DNA of 64,000 nt from Podarcis pityusensis (lineage: Eukaryota). Below the pieces are notes generated by a model. That model saw only the letters and a program-made list of their open reading frames with translations, was not told where the DNA came from and did not search any database. The DNA is taken from NCBI GenBank assembly GCA_964106645.2, contig OZ067050.1; one strand, given 5' to 3'. Both the position numbers and the translations under genes were made by a program. Numbering within the stretch: the stretch's first letter is position 1; each line of letters starts with the position of its first letter. This document shows, in pieces, positions 32,352-43,140 of this stretch.

Positions 32352-35300
32352 TGCCGTTACTCGCTGGTGCAAAAGGTTTTGCAAAACCGGTAAGGGCAAG
32401 ATCGCTGTTGGGGAAGTTTTGTTCTCCTGCAGATACTGGTTGCTAAGAACTGCCCCTTTCACGCCTTGCATTTTCTCCCCTTCCTCTAGTCTCGTGGGGA
32501 TCCAGTGCCCTACGTCTCGCCCTGTTGAAATCCAGAATCTTAATACTGTAATTTTCTTCCCACTCCACCATCCGAGATCCAGCATGTGGCATTTCTGGGG
32601 TGGTCTTTTTTTTTTTTAATTGGACAGACTCTGTGGCGTGTCCAGTCATTCATTTCAAGGCTAATAAGGTGTTGCAGAACTAAAGGCAGCTGCATCTGTT
32701 ATTTAAACCCGTGCAGCGCTGGAAGGACTCTTGTGGGGAGCGCTAGGCTCAAAGTTCTCAGAAATTCGGATTTTGACCGCAACCCAAACTTGCCTTTACT
32801 CAGATGTGTGATCGAATTTGTTGTGGCAAGGAAAATTACCCAGTCTGGCACTGAAGTGGAAGTGAAGTTGGTGGGCATGCAGATTGCGCTGTCGTAGAAT
32901 TATAGAACTGGAAGGGACCACCAGGGTCATCTAGTCCAACCCCCTGCAATGCAGGAATCTTTGGTAGAAAATAGATTTAGTTAGGTCTCTTAAAATACAT
33001 ACTCTATCATTTGTCATTCTTGTGAAATGTATTATAGGCCATTGGAATGTTTGTTGAATATGGTAACAATCTGGAGAAAATCTTCCCATAATGGGTTTCC
33101 TACCTGAGGCACCCAAAATGCAGACTGTCTCTAAAAAATATGAATGGGAGGCAGTCCTAAGTTCTTTGTGCCTCTGATACCATAACAGCAAAAATAACGT
33201 TCCTTACCACTTTGTCCCTTGCTATTAATTACCATATTTTTCGCCCTATAGGACGCACCGGCCCATAGGACGCACCTAGTTTTTTGGGGGGGAAATCAAG
33301 GGAAAAAAATTTATTCCCCCCCCCCCCTCAGGTTTGCACAGCCATCCCCAAGCTAGAAAAGGGAGACGGAGCGCTCCGTCTCCCTCTTCTGCCTTCAGGG
33401 ACAGCCTCTCTAGCCTCTGTGGGGCAGCGGCTTGCCCCGCTGTCCCCCGAGTTTGTGGGGCTGGCGGGGGGAGAAGCAAGCTTGCTTCTCCCCCCCCCCC
33501 CGCCAGCCTCCAGATCAGGTCAGGGAATAGCGGGGTGGGGCGCTCCGCCTCCCCGCTATCCCCCGAGCTTGTGGGGCTGGCGGGGGGGAGAAGCAAGCTT
33601 GCTTCTCCCCCCGCCAGCCTCCAGATCAGGTCGGGGAATAGCGGGGTGGCGTGCTCCGCCTCCCCGCTATCCCCCGAGCTTGTGGGCTGCAGGGTGCTGC
33701 CCACAAGCCTTGCGAGCCCGCGGGACCTCCCGCCGGGCTTGCAAGACTTGCGGATAGCTTCCTGAAGCCTGGAGAGTGAGAGGGGTCGGTGCGCACCGAC
33801 CCCTCTCGCTCTCCAGGCTTCAGCGAAAGCCTGCATTCGCCCCATAGGACGCACAAACATTTCCCCTTCATTTTTGGAGGGGAAAAAGTGCATCCTATAG
33901 GGCGAAAAATACGGTATATACTCAGAATTTACATTTACTGTATTTTTCCATGTATAAGACGAGCTTTTTTGACCCAAAAATGAGGTTCAGAATTTAGGGT
34001 CGTCTTATACACAGGTGGGGGTGGGGTGGGGTGGGGACGACGGGTCAATCGCCACTTAAAATCTCGGGCTCGTGCTTCATCCCAGCGGATGAGTGATTTT
34101 CAGCATTGGCCACTTGATTGTTGCGGGGGGGGGGGGGAATGCCGAAAATTGCTCACCCGCCGGAATGCAGCACACAACCGCTCGCGTTTCAGAAACCACC
34201 TATCAGCTGCCTGATTGCCGCCAGCGGCCACCAATCACACTCCCGCTTGCTGCGACAAGGGCAGCTGTCTGTTGGCTGCTGCAGCGACAATCGGGAGGGC
34301 TAATGGCAGCGATTGGGCAGCTGATAGGTGGTTTCTGAAACGCTAGCAGTTGTGTGCTGCATTCTGGCTGGTGAGCGATTTTCAGCATTCCTCCCCAAAT
34401 AACCCCCCAAAAAGCTCAGTCCTCCCCTGTTTTCTAATATAAGGTAAAGGGACCCCTGGCTATTAGGTCCAGTCGTGACCGACTCTGGGGTTGCGGCGCT
34501 CATCTCGCTTTATTGGCCGAGGGAGCCAGCTTCCAGCTTCCGGGTCATGTGGCCAGCATGACTAAGCCGCTTCTGGCGAACCAGAGCAGCGCACGGAAAC
34601 ACCATTTACCTTCCCACCTATTTATCTACTTGCACTTTGACGTGCTTTCGAACTGCTAGGTTGACAGGAGCAGGGACCAAGCAACGGGAGCTCACCCTGT
34701 CGCCGGGATTCGAACCTCCGTCTTTCTGATCGGCAAGTCCTAGGCTCTGTGGTTTTAACCCGCAGCGCCACCTGCTTCCCTCATTTTCTAATATAGGGGT
34801 CATCTTATACATGGGGGCGTCTTATAGACAGAAAAATATGGTACTTCCCTAGTACCATTAGGAATAGGCCATACTGTTGTCCCTCCAGGCCATTAACATT
34901 TGGTAAACCCCCCACTCAAGCTGTGTTAAGAATTCCTGTGTGCATACACATTCAAAATTGCGCTTTCGAACCTGTTTCAGCTCGTCTCTGACGCTGAGTT
35001 ACCAGAGCTGCATGCAATACTTTACCTATAGGCACACTATAAATATGTAGAACAGCATTCGGATGCTTCTTTGTGCCTTTAATTTTTCCACCTTCTGCTG
35101 TAATCTGTAATTTAGCTGGCTTGCATGAGTCACAAAGCTTTCTACTCTGTAAGTGTCTGTTAATGTCGCTGCATGTTTCTGGAGCACTAGTTTGGAATGT
35201 GTGGATTAGTATGTGGAGTGGCAACACCTGAGTGGGTGGCTATTTCATCCTTTGGAACACTAGGATTCTATGCTTCCCCTTAGCTCAGTTTTTTATGGTT

Positions 35301-36009
35301 GGAAAGGATGGGATTACACAGTATGAGAGCCCACAGAATGTCCTACATTTGGGGGTTGTGTCTTGGGGGGCCTAGCCATTCTGATTGTTCTGCTTTTTCC
35401 ATTGCTCCAGACTGGCTGCCCACCCTTCAGCTTATTCGCCATGGCTCCAAAGCCGTCACTCGCCATTGGAGACCTATGCATTTTGTGCGTCAGAAGCTGA
35501 TGGAGGTGACAAAATACATCCCACCAAAGCCTTTGATCCCGGAGAGGTGCATCAAACCCCAAGTGAAACAAGTTGAAGAGGTAACAACACCACACACCCT
35601 TCTGCGCTGATTGTTACTGTCTAAACTCTATGGTGCAGAGCCCGCAAAATCATAGAGTAGGCTCTCTGCCCTTCTTTATCCGTGTTTTTGCCAATTGCAG
35701 CAGGGCTGTTATGAACTCTGAATGCAAATGATGTTTGATGTTCTGCTCTTTTCCTGAATCTTCCCTGTATTCCTTTCAGTGCCTGCTGAAGACATTATTA
35801 TATAGACAAGACTACCCCACCTACTCTGATGTTTAGAAAGTTTTAGGCAGTTTTATTTGTTTTAGTCTACTTTGCCGTGGTTTTAATGTTCTGTATGTTT
35901 TAAATTACGGTTGTAAACTTTTGGTGATAATTTTATTGCTTTATCTGTAAACTGCTTTGAGGTTTTTCTACAATATAGCTGTGTGTGTGTGTGTGTGTGC
36001 GCACGCGCG

Positions 36010-36043
<34 letters not shown>

Positions 36044-39000
36044 CAGCGGTACCTAAGAAGTCCATTCGACTTCCAAAACGTTCAGAAACCAAGGTGCGGC
36101 TTCCGATTGGCTGCAGGAAGTTCCTGCAAACAATTAGAAGCTGTGGAAGTCGTGTTGAACATTTGGGTTCCAAAGAACGTTCGCAAACTGAATGCTCACT
36201 TCCAGGTTTGTGGAGTTTGGGAGCCAAAACATTCGACTTGCAAGGCGTTTGGGATCCAAGGTACGAGTGTGTGTGTGTGTGTATAAACACACACACACAT
36301 ACATACCTTTTGAGGCACAATCATTGGCAAGCCTTGTCACTTTGGCTCTTAACTGTTTGCCCCAAGTGAAGGATTGGAGGTACACAAAACAGGTCACTGA
36401 ATTTTTGTTCTGGAAAATGAAGTCCTTGAAAAAGGACTCATTTGCAGAGAATCCTCTTTAAGGGCTTGAATTGAAGGAACTACTTAGGGTAATGCAAAGG
36501 TGTCTTATTACCTAATGGAATTCACTCTCCTATGACAAACAATTACTGAAACTTTCCTCATTGCTATGTGATACAGGGAAGGCTGCTCATCACTCTAAAG
36601 TTGGTTTCCGTAACTCACAAATATATATTTTACAAGAGTTTGTAGTATAGAAGTAAATAAATAATAATGAGTGATAATCACTATAGTAGGTTTTGCACAT
36701 GTTGCCTGTTTAGCCTGGATATAGCTCAGTTGGTTAAGAGTGTGGTGCTGATAGCGCCAAGGTTGCAGGTTCGATCCCCATCTGGGGCAGCTTCATATGC
36801 CTGCATTGCAGGGGGTTGGACTAGATGATCCTCAGGGTCCCTTCCAACTCTGTGATTCTTTGAAGTCACAGGGATAAAGCTTCATAGCACGAAAACTTTC
36901 TAACAGAGTTCAGGCTTGAATGAAAACATTTCATTTGGTTTTAATGCTTCACTAGGTATGCACAGAGCATGGAAATGCCCTGTTCCCTGGGCAGGGTAAG
37001 TAGATCTAAATCAGTTGCTTAAATCATCGGGAACACCATGTCAATTTAAACCACTGATTTAAATCAAGTTTAATCTAATTCATTTGTTTTCTGAACAGGC
37101 ATGCATACTACTTGCCATTGCTGTTCAATTTGCAACTGAACAGAACCTTTATGTTACCTACAGAGTTAACTCAAAACCTCTGCACTCTGCCTGCCTTTTG
37201 CAGCACAGGATTTACATCTGTGTAGCTTTCAGCAGCTTTGTGGGTTTTCACTCTTTTCAAGTCTAATGGCAGCAAACAAAATTTCTCGCCTTCCCCAGGA
37301 AAATGGCTACGTGAAGCTGTTGCGTCGAGATGTCGAACAAGCTTTCCACGAGAGTAAAATGATTGCTATCTGCCAGTACAACGAAGTTCCTGCAAATGAC
37401 ATGGTACTCATGGGGTATCGACTGCGGAAGTACAACATCCATGTCAAATACTTCCCCAGTGAGGTACAGTTACATGCAAACAGTTCTTTTAGGAATAGAG
37501 AGGGCAACGTGCCTTAGAGCATGTTGCCTCATTTTCCCCCAAGCAATTTTCCGTATCCTGTGAAAGCAAACCTTAATCAGAGCTAAGCTTTGACATTCAA
37601 ATCTGCTGTATTGGATATATGAAATGCTGCATGAGGTGCCAGTATTCATTGATATCTTGACAGACTTTGTATCTGGGCAGCAGATAAACAGAAACTGCTG
37701 TTGCTTAGGCATTTCATTTGTTGTTTAGTCGTTTAGTCGTGTCTGACTCTTCGTGACCCCATGGACCAGAGCACGCCAGGCACTCCTGTCTTCCACTGCC
37801 TCCCGCAGTTTGGTCAGGCTCATGTTTGTAGCTTCAAGAACACTTTCCAGCCACCTCGTCCTCTGTCGTCCCCTTCTCCTTGTGCCCTCCATCTTTCCCA
37901 CCATCAGGGTCTTTTCCAGGGAGTCTTCTCTTCTCATGAGGTGGCCAAAGTATTGGAGCCTCAGCTTCAGGATCTGTCCTTCCAGTGAGCACTCAGGGCT
38001 GATTTCCTTCAGAATGGATTTCATTAGAAAGCACCAATTTCCAGCAAGTTTGGCATGCGAAATTTTGAGACCCTTTTGGAGACGTCTGCTCAGAAACAAC
38101 AACATCCAAGGAATTTTGAGTGAAGCGGAAATTTTGATTTGGCTGGCAAAATTCCCTAGAGGGCCTTCTCGTCCCTTGCCCAATGTATAGCAGGAAAATA
38201 TCAAATAGCAATTAGAGTCTGACCAGTCCAATGGCTCAGTCCAATTCTACAGCATACTAATCCAACTACTTCTCCCAGTCCCCTGTATTTTCTTCCCCAT
38301 ATCCCCCTAACTAGATTCAGCCTTTCCTTCAACTAAAGGTTGCCTTATAGCTAGTGGTGCCAGACCGCAACCCGGAGACCCTTCATGGTCCTTTAAAAGT
38401 TCCAACGCAATAAGAGAGGTTGTAGTTACAGCATCACTTAACTCTCTCTTTTTTTTTTTTAGAAAATGTTTATTTTCACATAGACAAATATACATGAAAT
38501 ACATAACATACATAAGATAACATATAATACAGAAAACAATACAAATGAATGAAAACAATGAAATAAGAAAAGATAGAAATAACGAACATAAACAAATACA
38601 ATATATTACACTTACATGACAAATTAAAATATATAACTTCCAATAATTTTATACTACTTATATTATCTGTATTCACTTAACTCACTTGTAAATCAAAACT
38701 GGAGTCCTGCCCTGGTTCAGCAGGTATTTCCCCCATGTTTAATTGGTTCTTTACTTCCACCTTTCCAGGTCATGATACCCTTTCTTTCGGAATCCAAATA
38801 TAAGAATCTCCTCCCTCTCTTTGTGGGGCGCAACCTCCTACTGATGAGTCCGGAAACGAGGGCACAGGAAATGCTGCGAGTCCTGAGGGGTGTGCCACAG
38901 ATCAGTCTCCTAGGTAAATGTTGAAAGATGGATGGCTAAATTCTGTGTTATCAAATGGATTCAGAAATGAGGACCAGGTCATGAGTTGAGGTATTCTGGA

Positions 39001-41678
39001 ATGCAGATTTCCATCTGGATATTGAGGCAGTGATTCACAACTCTTGTTGATTTAGCAAGCATGGAAGCATCCCGATGGAATTTTATTACCAATTAAAACA
39101 GACTTCACAGGCTGGTAAATAGAGAGGCAAATGCAGCCTAATGCTCATCTCTGTACTATAGCTTCCTAAAAGATTACATCACATGCTGACTGTTGTAATA
39201 TTATTAAATAGTTTGAAGCATCAAAGTGAATACAAAAGGCAGTTGTGGTGCAGTCCCTATTCAAAAGGCTTATCTTTGGTGATCGCTCGTAGCCGAGTAA
39301 AATTGTCTTCCATGAACACGGTTTTAACACTGAGTGTGTAAGTGACTGTGGAGGCCAATTCTGGATCCACACATCCTTCCACAGTGGGGACATAGGTTTC
39401 CGGGTGGGACTTGATCACGGTGAGGATTTGCCAAGCGTGCCTTAGCACATTTCTCCCTTTTGTCCTGAGTTCAAGCACCTTCAAAGTCCATGACACCTTT
39501 GGTAAAGGCTGTTCTCCAGTTGGAGTGCTCGCAGGCCAGTGTTTCCCAGTTGTCTGGGTTTATACTACATTTTTTTTTAGATTTGCCTTGAGAGAGTCTT
39601 TAAACCTCTTCTGTTGACCGCCAGCATTACGCTTTCCATTTTTAAGTTCGGAATAGAGTATATCAACTTATTCAGCTAATAAGATAGGAGTTGGGGAAAA
39701 CAAGTGGGGGATGCCAGCAACAACAAGTGTGGATGGCAGAGGGGTGAGTCAGGCAGCAATGAAGGAAAGGCTCTTAATAACAGAGAGGAAACCAGTGAAC
39801 ATCGAGCTACAGGGAGAGGCCATAGAATGGTCTGAAGACAGACGATGCAGATTCCTTACCAAAGCTAAGGGAATCTGACCCTGGAAATAGCCTGGATGTG
39901 AGACCACTTGGGAAACATGCAAAGTTCTTTGGAAAGAAGAGGTGGGTAAAAACTGAGACTCGGGTGCATGAACTTGAATTCCCCGTGCTAACCCAGCTTT
40001 GTCTGCCTGGGTACCAAGACTCAGCACACCATTATTCCAGGTTAGTCCATTAATTTCAGTGCACCTCCTTTGAGTAGGACGTTGTTGGATACAACCCTAT
40101 GTCTCCTTTAAAAAATGATTGTCCTTTAAAAAAAATTATTCAATCTACGACCAGTACTATAATGTTTTGATTTGGCAACCCTCTTCCAAATCACTTTTTT
40201 TTTAGTTTTTTATTTATACTTTTCAAATTTATACATTTGATTAGATTTACAATCAATTGAACATTTCAAAATTTGAGTTCCTTCTCCCGCTTTCTGTGGT
40301 TCCTTAAATTTGTTTTTTAATACCTTCTGCATATCCAAGTTCATTTAACTTGCTCATTTAATTATCTACTGTAAATATATACACTTATAAAACTGCAAGT
40401 TATTACAATAATCCTGCTATTGTTTTTATCTGTTTACAATTTATCTGTAAATATTCAATAAACCATTTCCATTCTTTTACAAAAAGTTTGTTATTTTGAT
40501 TTCTTATTCTTCCGGTAAGTTTCTCCATTTCTGCATATCCCATAAGTTTTTGTATCCATCCTTCCTTTACTGGGACTTCTGCTTCTTTCCACTTTTGGAC
40601 AAGTAACATTCTTGCTGCTGTAGAAGCATAGGTAAATAAATTTCTATACAATTTAGGTAGTTCTGTCCCCATAATTCCCAAAAGAAAAGCTTCTGGGGTT
40701 TTTTAAAATAAAAGTTATTTTGAACATCCTTTTCAATTCATTATATATCATTTCCCAGTAATCTTTAACCTTACTACAAGACCACCACATATGATGAAAA
40801 GACCCTCTTTCTCTTTACATTTCCAACATTTGTTTGATTTAGATTTATACATTTTTGCCCGTTTACTTGGTGTTAGATACAAACAATATATCATTTTCAT
40901 ATACCGTACTTTTCCGTCTATATTTTGGGGGGCTCAAATTTAAGAAAATGGGGGGAGATGGCAGAGTTGTTGAGCTTTTTTTAGGGGAAATTGCTGAAAA
41001 TCATTCACCTGCCGGCATTACAAAATCCGACTCTCTTCTGTCCCCTCACTGGCAGAAGCTGACAATCGCCCGCCCTATTGCTGCAGCATCAAGCCAATCA
41101 CCACCACCCATTGACGCAGCAACCAATAACACTCACAATAGCTGCTGATGGCCACGGCAGCAACCAATCAAACATCCACCCCATGGCACTATCCATGTAT
41201 AAGACCACCCCCTTTTTCTATCATGATTTTCACAAAAAAATACCGAGTCCTATGCATGGAAAAGTACGGTAATTTTCCCTTAAACTATAACATGCTGTAA
41301 ATTTTATATCCATGTTCCACAATCATTCCCAAGCTTCCATATCTATATTATGACTGGTATCTGTCATCACTTTTTTTACTTTTAGTACTTCTGGATGTTC
41401 CTGATGGTGCCTATTTTCTCATCCTTCCAGGAGCTTGTGTTGACAACACCATCCTAAGCAAACAAGGTTTCACAAACTATGCCAAACTGCCGTCCATGGT
41501 GACTGCCCAAGGGGAGGTCGTGGGTGCCCTCTCTCTCATGACATCCCAGACTAGCACACTTCTACAACGCGGCCCTGTTCACTTGACTTCCTTGCTGGAC
41601 CAGTATGTCAAACAGCAGAACTGTGAATCAGTTGAAGCAAAGGAGACAGGGACTCTGGACAAGTCGGAAGCCCTTTGA
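32347..41678 (+). CDS. MRPL10: Mitochondrial ribosomal protein L10 (uL10m), 5 exons, 256 aa
   Basis: Exons 32347-32389, 35411-35580, 37299-37463, 38769-38913, 41431-41678; GT-AG, phases consistent, 771 nt. Motifs [72 protein letters not shown]. Basic N-terminal presequence-like segment. Confidence 0.95.
33232..33914. mobile_element. Tc2/mariner-like MITE with tandem GC-rich hairpin units
   Basis: TA-CCATATTTTTCGCCCTATAGGACGCAC ... GTGCATCCTATAGGGCGAAAAATACGG-TA. Confidence 0.88.
33938..34841. mobile_element. Tc2/mariner-like MITE (second subfamily) containing an inverted repeat and a Sauria SINE
   Basis: TA-CTGTATTTTTCCATGTATAAGACG ... CGTCTTATAGACAGAAAAATATGG-TA. Confidence 0.8.
34442..34783 (-). 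mobile_element. Sauria SINE nested in a Tc2-like MITE
   Basis: Reverse-complement match; TSD TTTTCTAATATA at 34430-34441 and 34784-34795. Confidence 0.9.
36713..36862 (+). mobile_element. tRNA-Ile-derived SINE with the same CR1-type tail
   Basis: tagctcagttggtt(a)agagtgtggtgctGATagcgccaaggttgcaggttcgatcccc (anticodon position GAT at 36750-36752) followed by cctgcattgcagggggttggactagatg..cccttccaactct. Confidence 0.85.
37719..38017 (-). mobile_element. BovB 3' fragment with 8-bp TSD
   Basis: BovB C-terminus and (CAA)n tail; TSD ATTTCATT at 37711-37718 and 38018-38025. Confidence 0.92.
38925..39222 (+). repeat. Diverged copy of the distal MRPL10 3'UTR inside MRPL10 intron 4
   Basis: Co-linear match to 41760-42069, with shared blocks such as ctggaatgcagatttccatctggatattgaggcagt, gttgatttagcaagcatg, aattaaaacagacttc and ctgttgtaatattattaaata. 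Confidence 0.93.
39250..39660 (-). mobile_element. RTE-clade (non-BovB) LINE 3' fragment
   Basis: Minus-strand translation [28 protein letters not shown]...WETLA...[18 protein letters not shown], typical of an RTE ORF C-terminus. Confidence 0.8.
40195..41390 (-). mobile_element. Degraded L1-clade LINE 3' region, interrupted by a Tc2-like MITE
   Basis: Frameshifted remnants resembling [15 protein letters not shown] and [31 protein letters not shown]; A-rich tail. Confidence 0.75.
40904..41269. mobile_element. Tc2/mariner-like MITE inserted in an L1 remnant
   Basis: TA-CCGTACTTTTCC ... GGAAAAGTACGG-TA. Confidence 0.8.
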
Positions 41679-42049
41679 TGAACTTTCTTCCCATTTCTGC
41701 TCATTGCTTCAGGCACAACTTGTATTCTGTTTGTTGCATGTTTGTATCCTGGGTGGGGCAAAGTTGGATGGCTAAATTCTGTATATCAAGTGGATTTGGA
41801 AATGAGGATCAGATCATGAACGAGGTATATGCTGGAATGCAGATTTCCATCTGGATATTGAGGCAGTACTGGATTCACAACTCTCGTTGATTTAGCAAGC
41901 ATGAAAGCATCCCGATGGAAGTTTATTATCAATTAAAACAGACTTCGCAGGCTGATAAATAGAGAGGCAAAATGTTAAATGCGGCCTAATGTTCATCTCT
42001 TGTACAGCTTCCTAAAAAAATTATGTCACATGCTCACTGTTGTAATATT

Positions 42050-42100
42050 ATTAAATATTTTTAAGCATCCTGCTGTGTGTGTCTTACTGTGTTGGGATGA
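42050..42100 (+). terminator. MRPL10 polyadenylation site
   Basis: TGTA upstream, ATTAAA at 42050-42055, GT-rich downstream element (tgctgtgtgtgtcttactgtgttggg) after 42070. Confidence 0.6.
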
Positions 42101-42123
42101 AGGTAAGCAGTGCACTGAATATA

Positions 42124-43140
42124 CCGTATTTTTCGCTCTATAGGACGCACTTTTTTCCCTTCAAAAATGAAGGGAAAATGTGTGTTCGTCCTATGGAGCG
42201 AAGACGCCATAGCCCCGCGACCCTCTCCCGGCTGGAGAGGTGACGGGCGGCTATGGCAAGAGCCTCAATAGCCGCCCGTCACCTCTCCAGCCGGGAGATG
42301 GTCGTGGGGGGCTGCTTTAGCCCCGCGCGCGCTCTCCCGGCTGGAGAGGTGACGGGCGGCTATGGCAAGAGCCTCAATAGCCGCCCGTCACCTCTCCAGC
42401 CGGGAGAGGGTCGCGGGGGGCTGCTTTAGCCCTGCGCGCGCTCTCCCGGCTGGAGAGGTGACGGGCGGCTATGGCAGGAGCTTCTATAGCCGCCCGTCAC
42501 CTCTCCAGCCGGGAGAGCGCGCGCGGGCACCCCGCGACCCTCTCCCGGCTGGAGAGGTGACGGGCGGCTATTGAGGCTCTTGCCATAGCCGCCCGTCACC
42601 TCTCCAGCCGGGAGAGCGCGCGCGGGGCTGCTGGAGAGGTGACCGGCGGCTATAGAAGCTCCTGCCATAGCCGCCCGTCACCTCTCCAGCCGGGAGAGGG
42701 TCGCAGGGGGCTGCTTTAGCCCCGCGCGCGCTCTCCCGGCTGGAGAGGTGACGGGCGGCTATGGCAGGAGCCTCTCTGCTGCGCCTTTCCGCTGCTCCCT
42801 GACCTGCTCTTTGGGGCTGGTGGTGGGCTTCCCCCCGCCAGCCCCAAAGAGCAGGTCGAAATGAACCTGAAGCCTGGAGAGCGAGAGGGGTCAGTGCACA
42901 CCGCCCCCTCTCGCTCTCCAGGCTTCCAAGGTAGCCGCCTGAACGCACCTTAAACGGCACCTTGTTTTAGAGCGGGAAAACAAGAGGGGGAAAGTTCTCC
43001 CCCTCTCTGCGCAGCGCCTCCTGCCACTTCGCTGAAGGGGCGCTGGGCAGAGAGGGGGAGAAATTTTTTTCCTTGTTCTCCCCCCTCTAAAACAAAGTGC
43101 GTCCTATTGTCCGGTGCGTCCTATGGTGCGAAAAATACGG
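42124..43140. mobile_element. Tc2/mariner-like MITE with a long hairpin array
   Basis: TA-CCGTATTTTTCGCTCTATAGGACGCAC ... GTGCGTCCTATGGTGCGAAAAATACGG-TA. Confidence 0.9.
42212..42772. repeat. Array of five hairpins plus one half-unit (32-bp arms, 13-nt loops, ~109-bp period)
   Basis: Arm ctctcccggctggagaggtgacgggcggctat alternates with its exact reverse complement; the fifth unit has a shortened left arm. Confidence 0.95.

Noticed and set aside
33276-33977. 233-aa repetitive ORF and overlapping ORFs (similarly 42362-42960 and 62082-62661)
   Set aside because: GC-rich MITE interiors that are open in several frames, with no recognisable domain.
42212-42772. CRISPR-like repeat/spacer array
   Set aside because: Repeats alternate in orientation, the 13-nt 'spacers' recur as two variants and their reverse complements, there are no cas genes, the context is eukaryotic, and the array lies within MITE TIRs.
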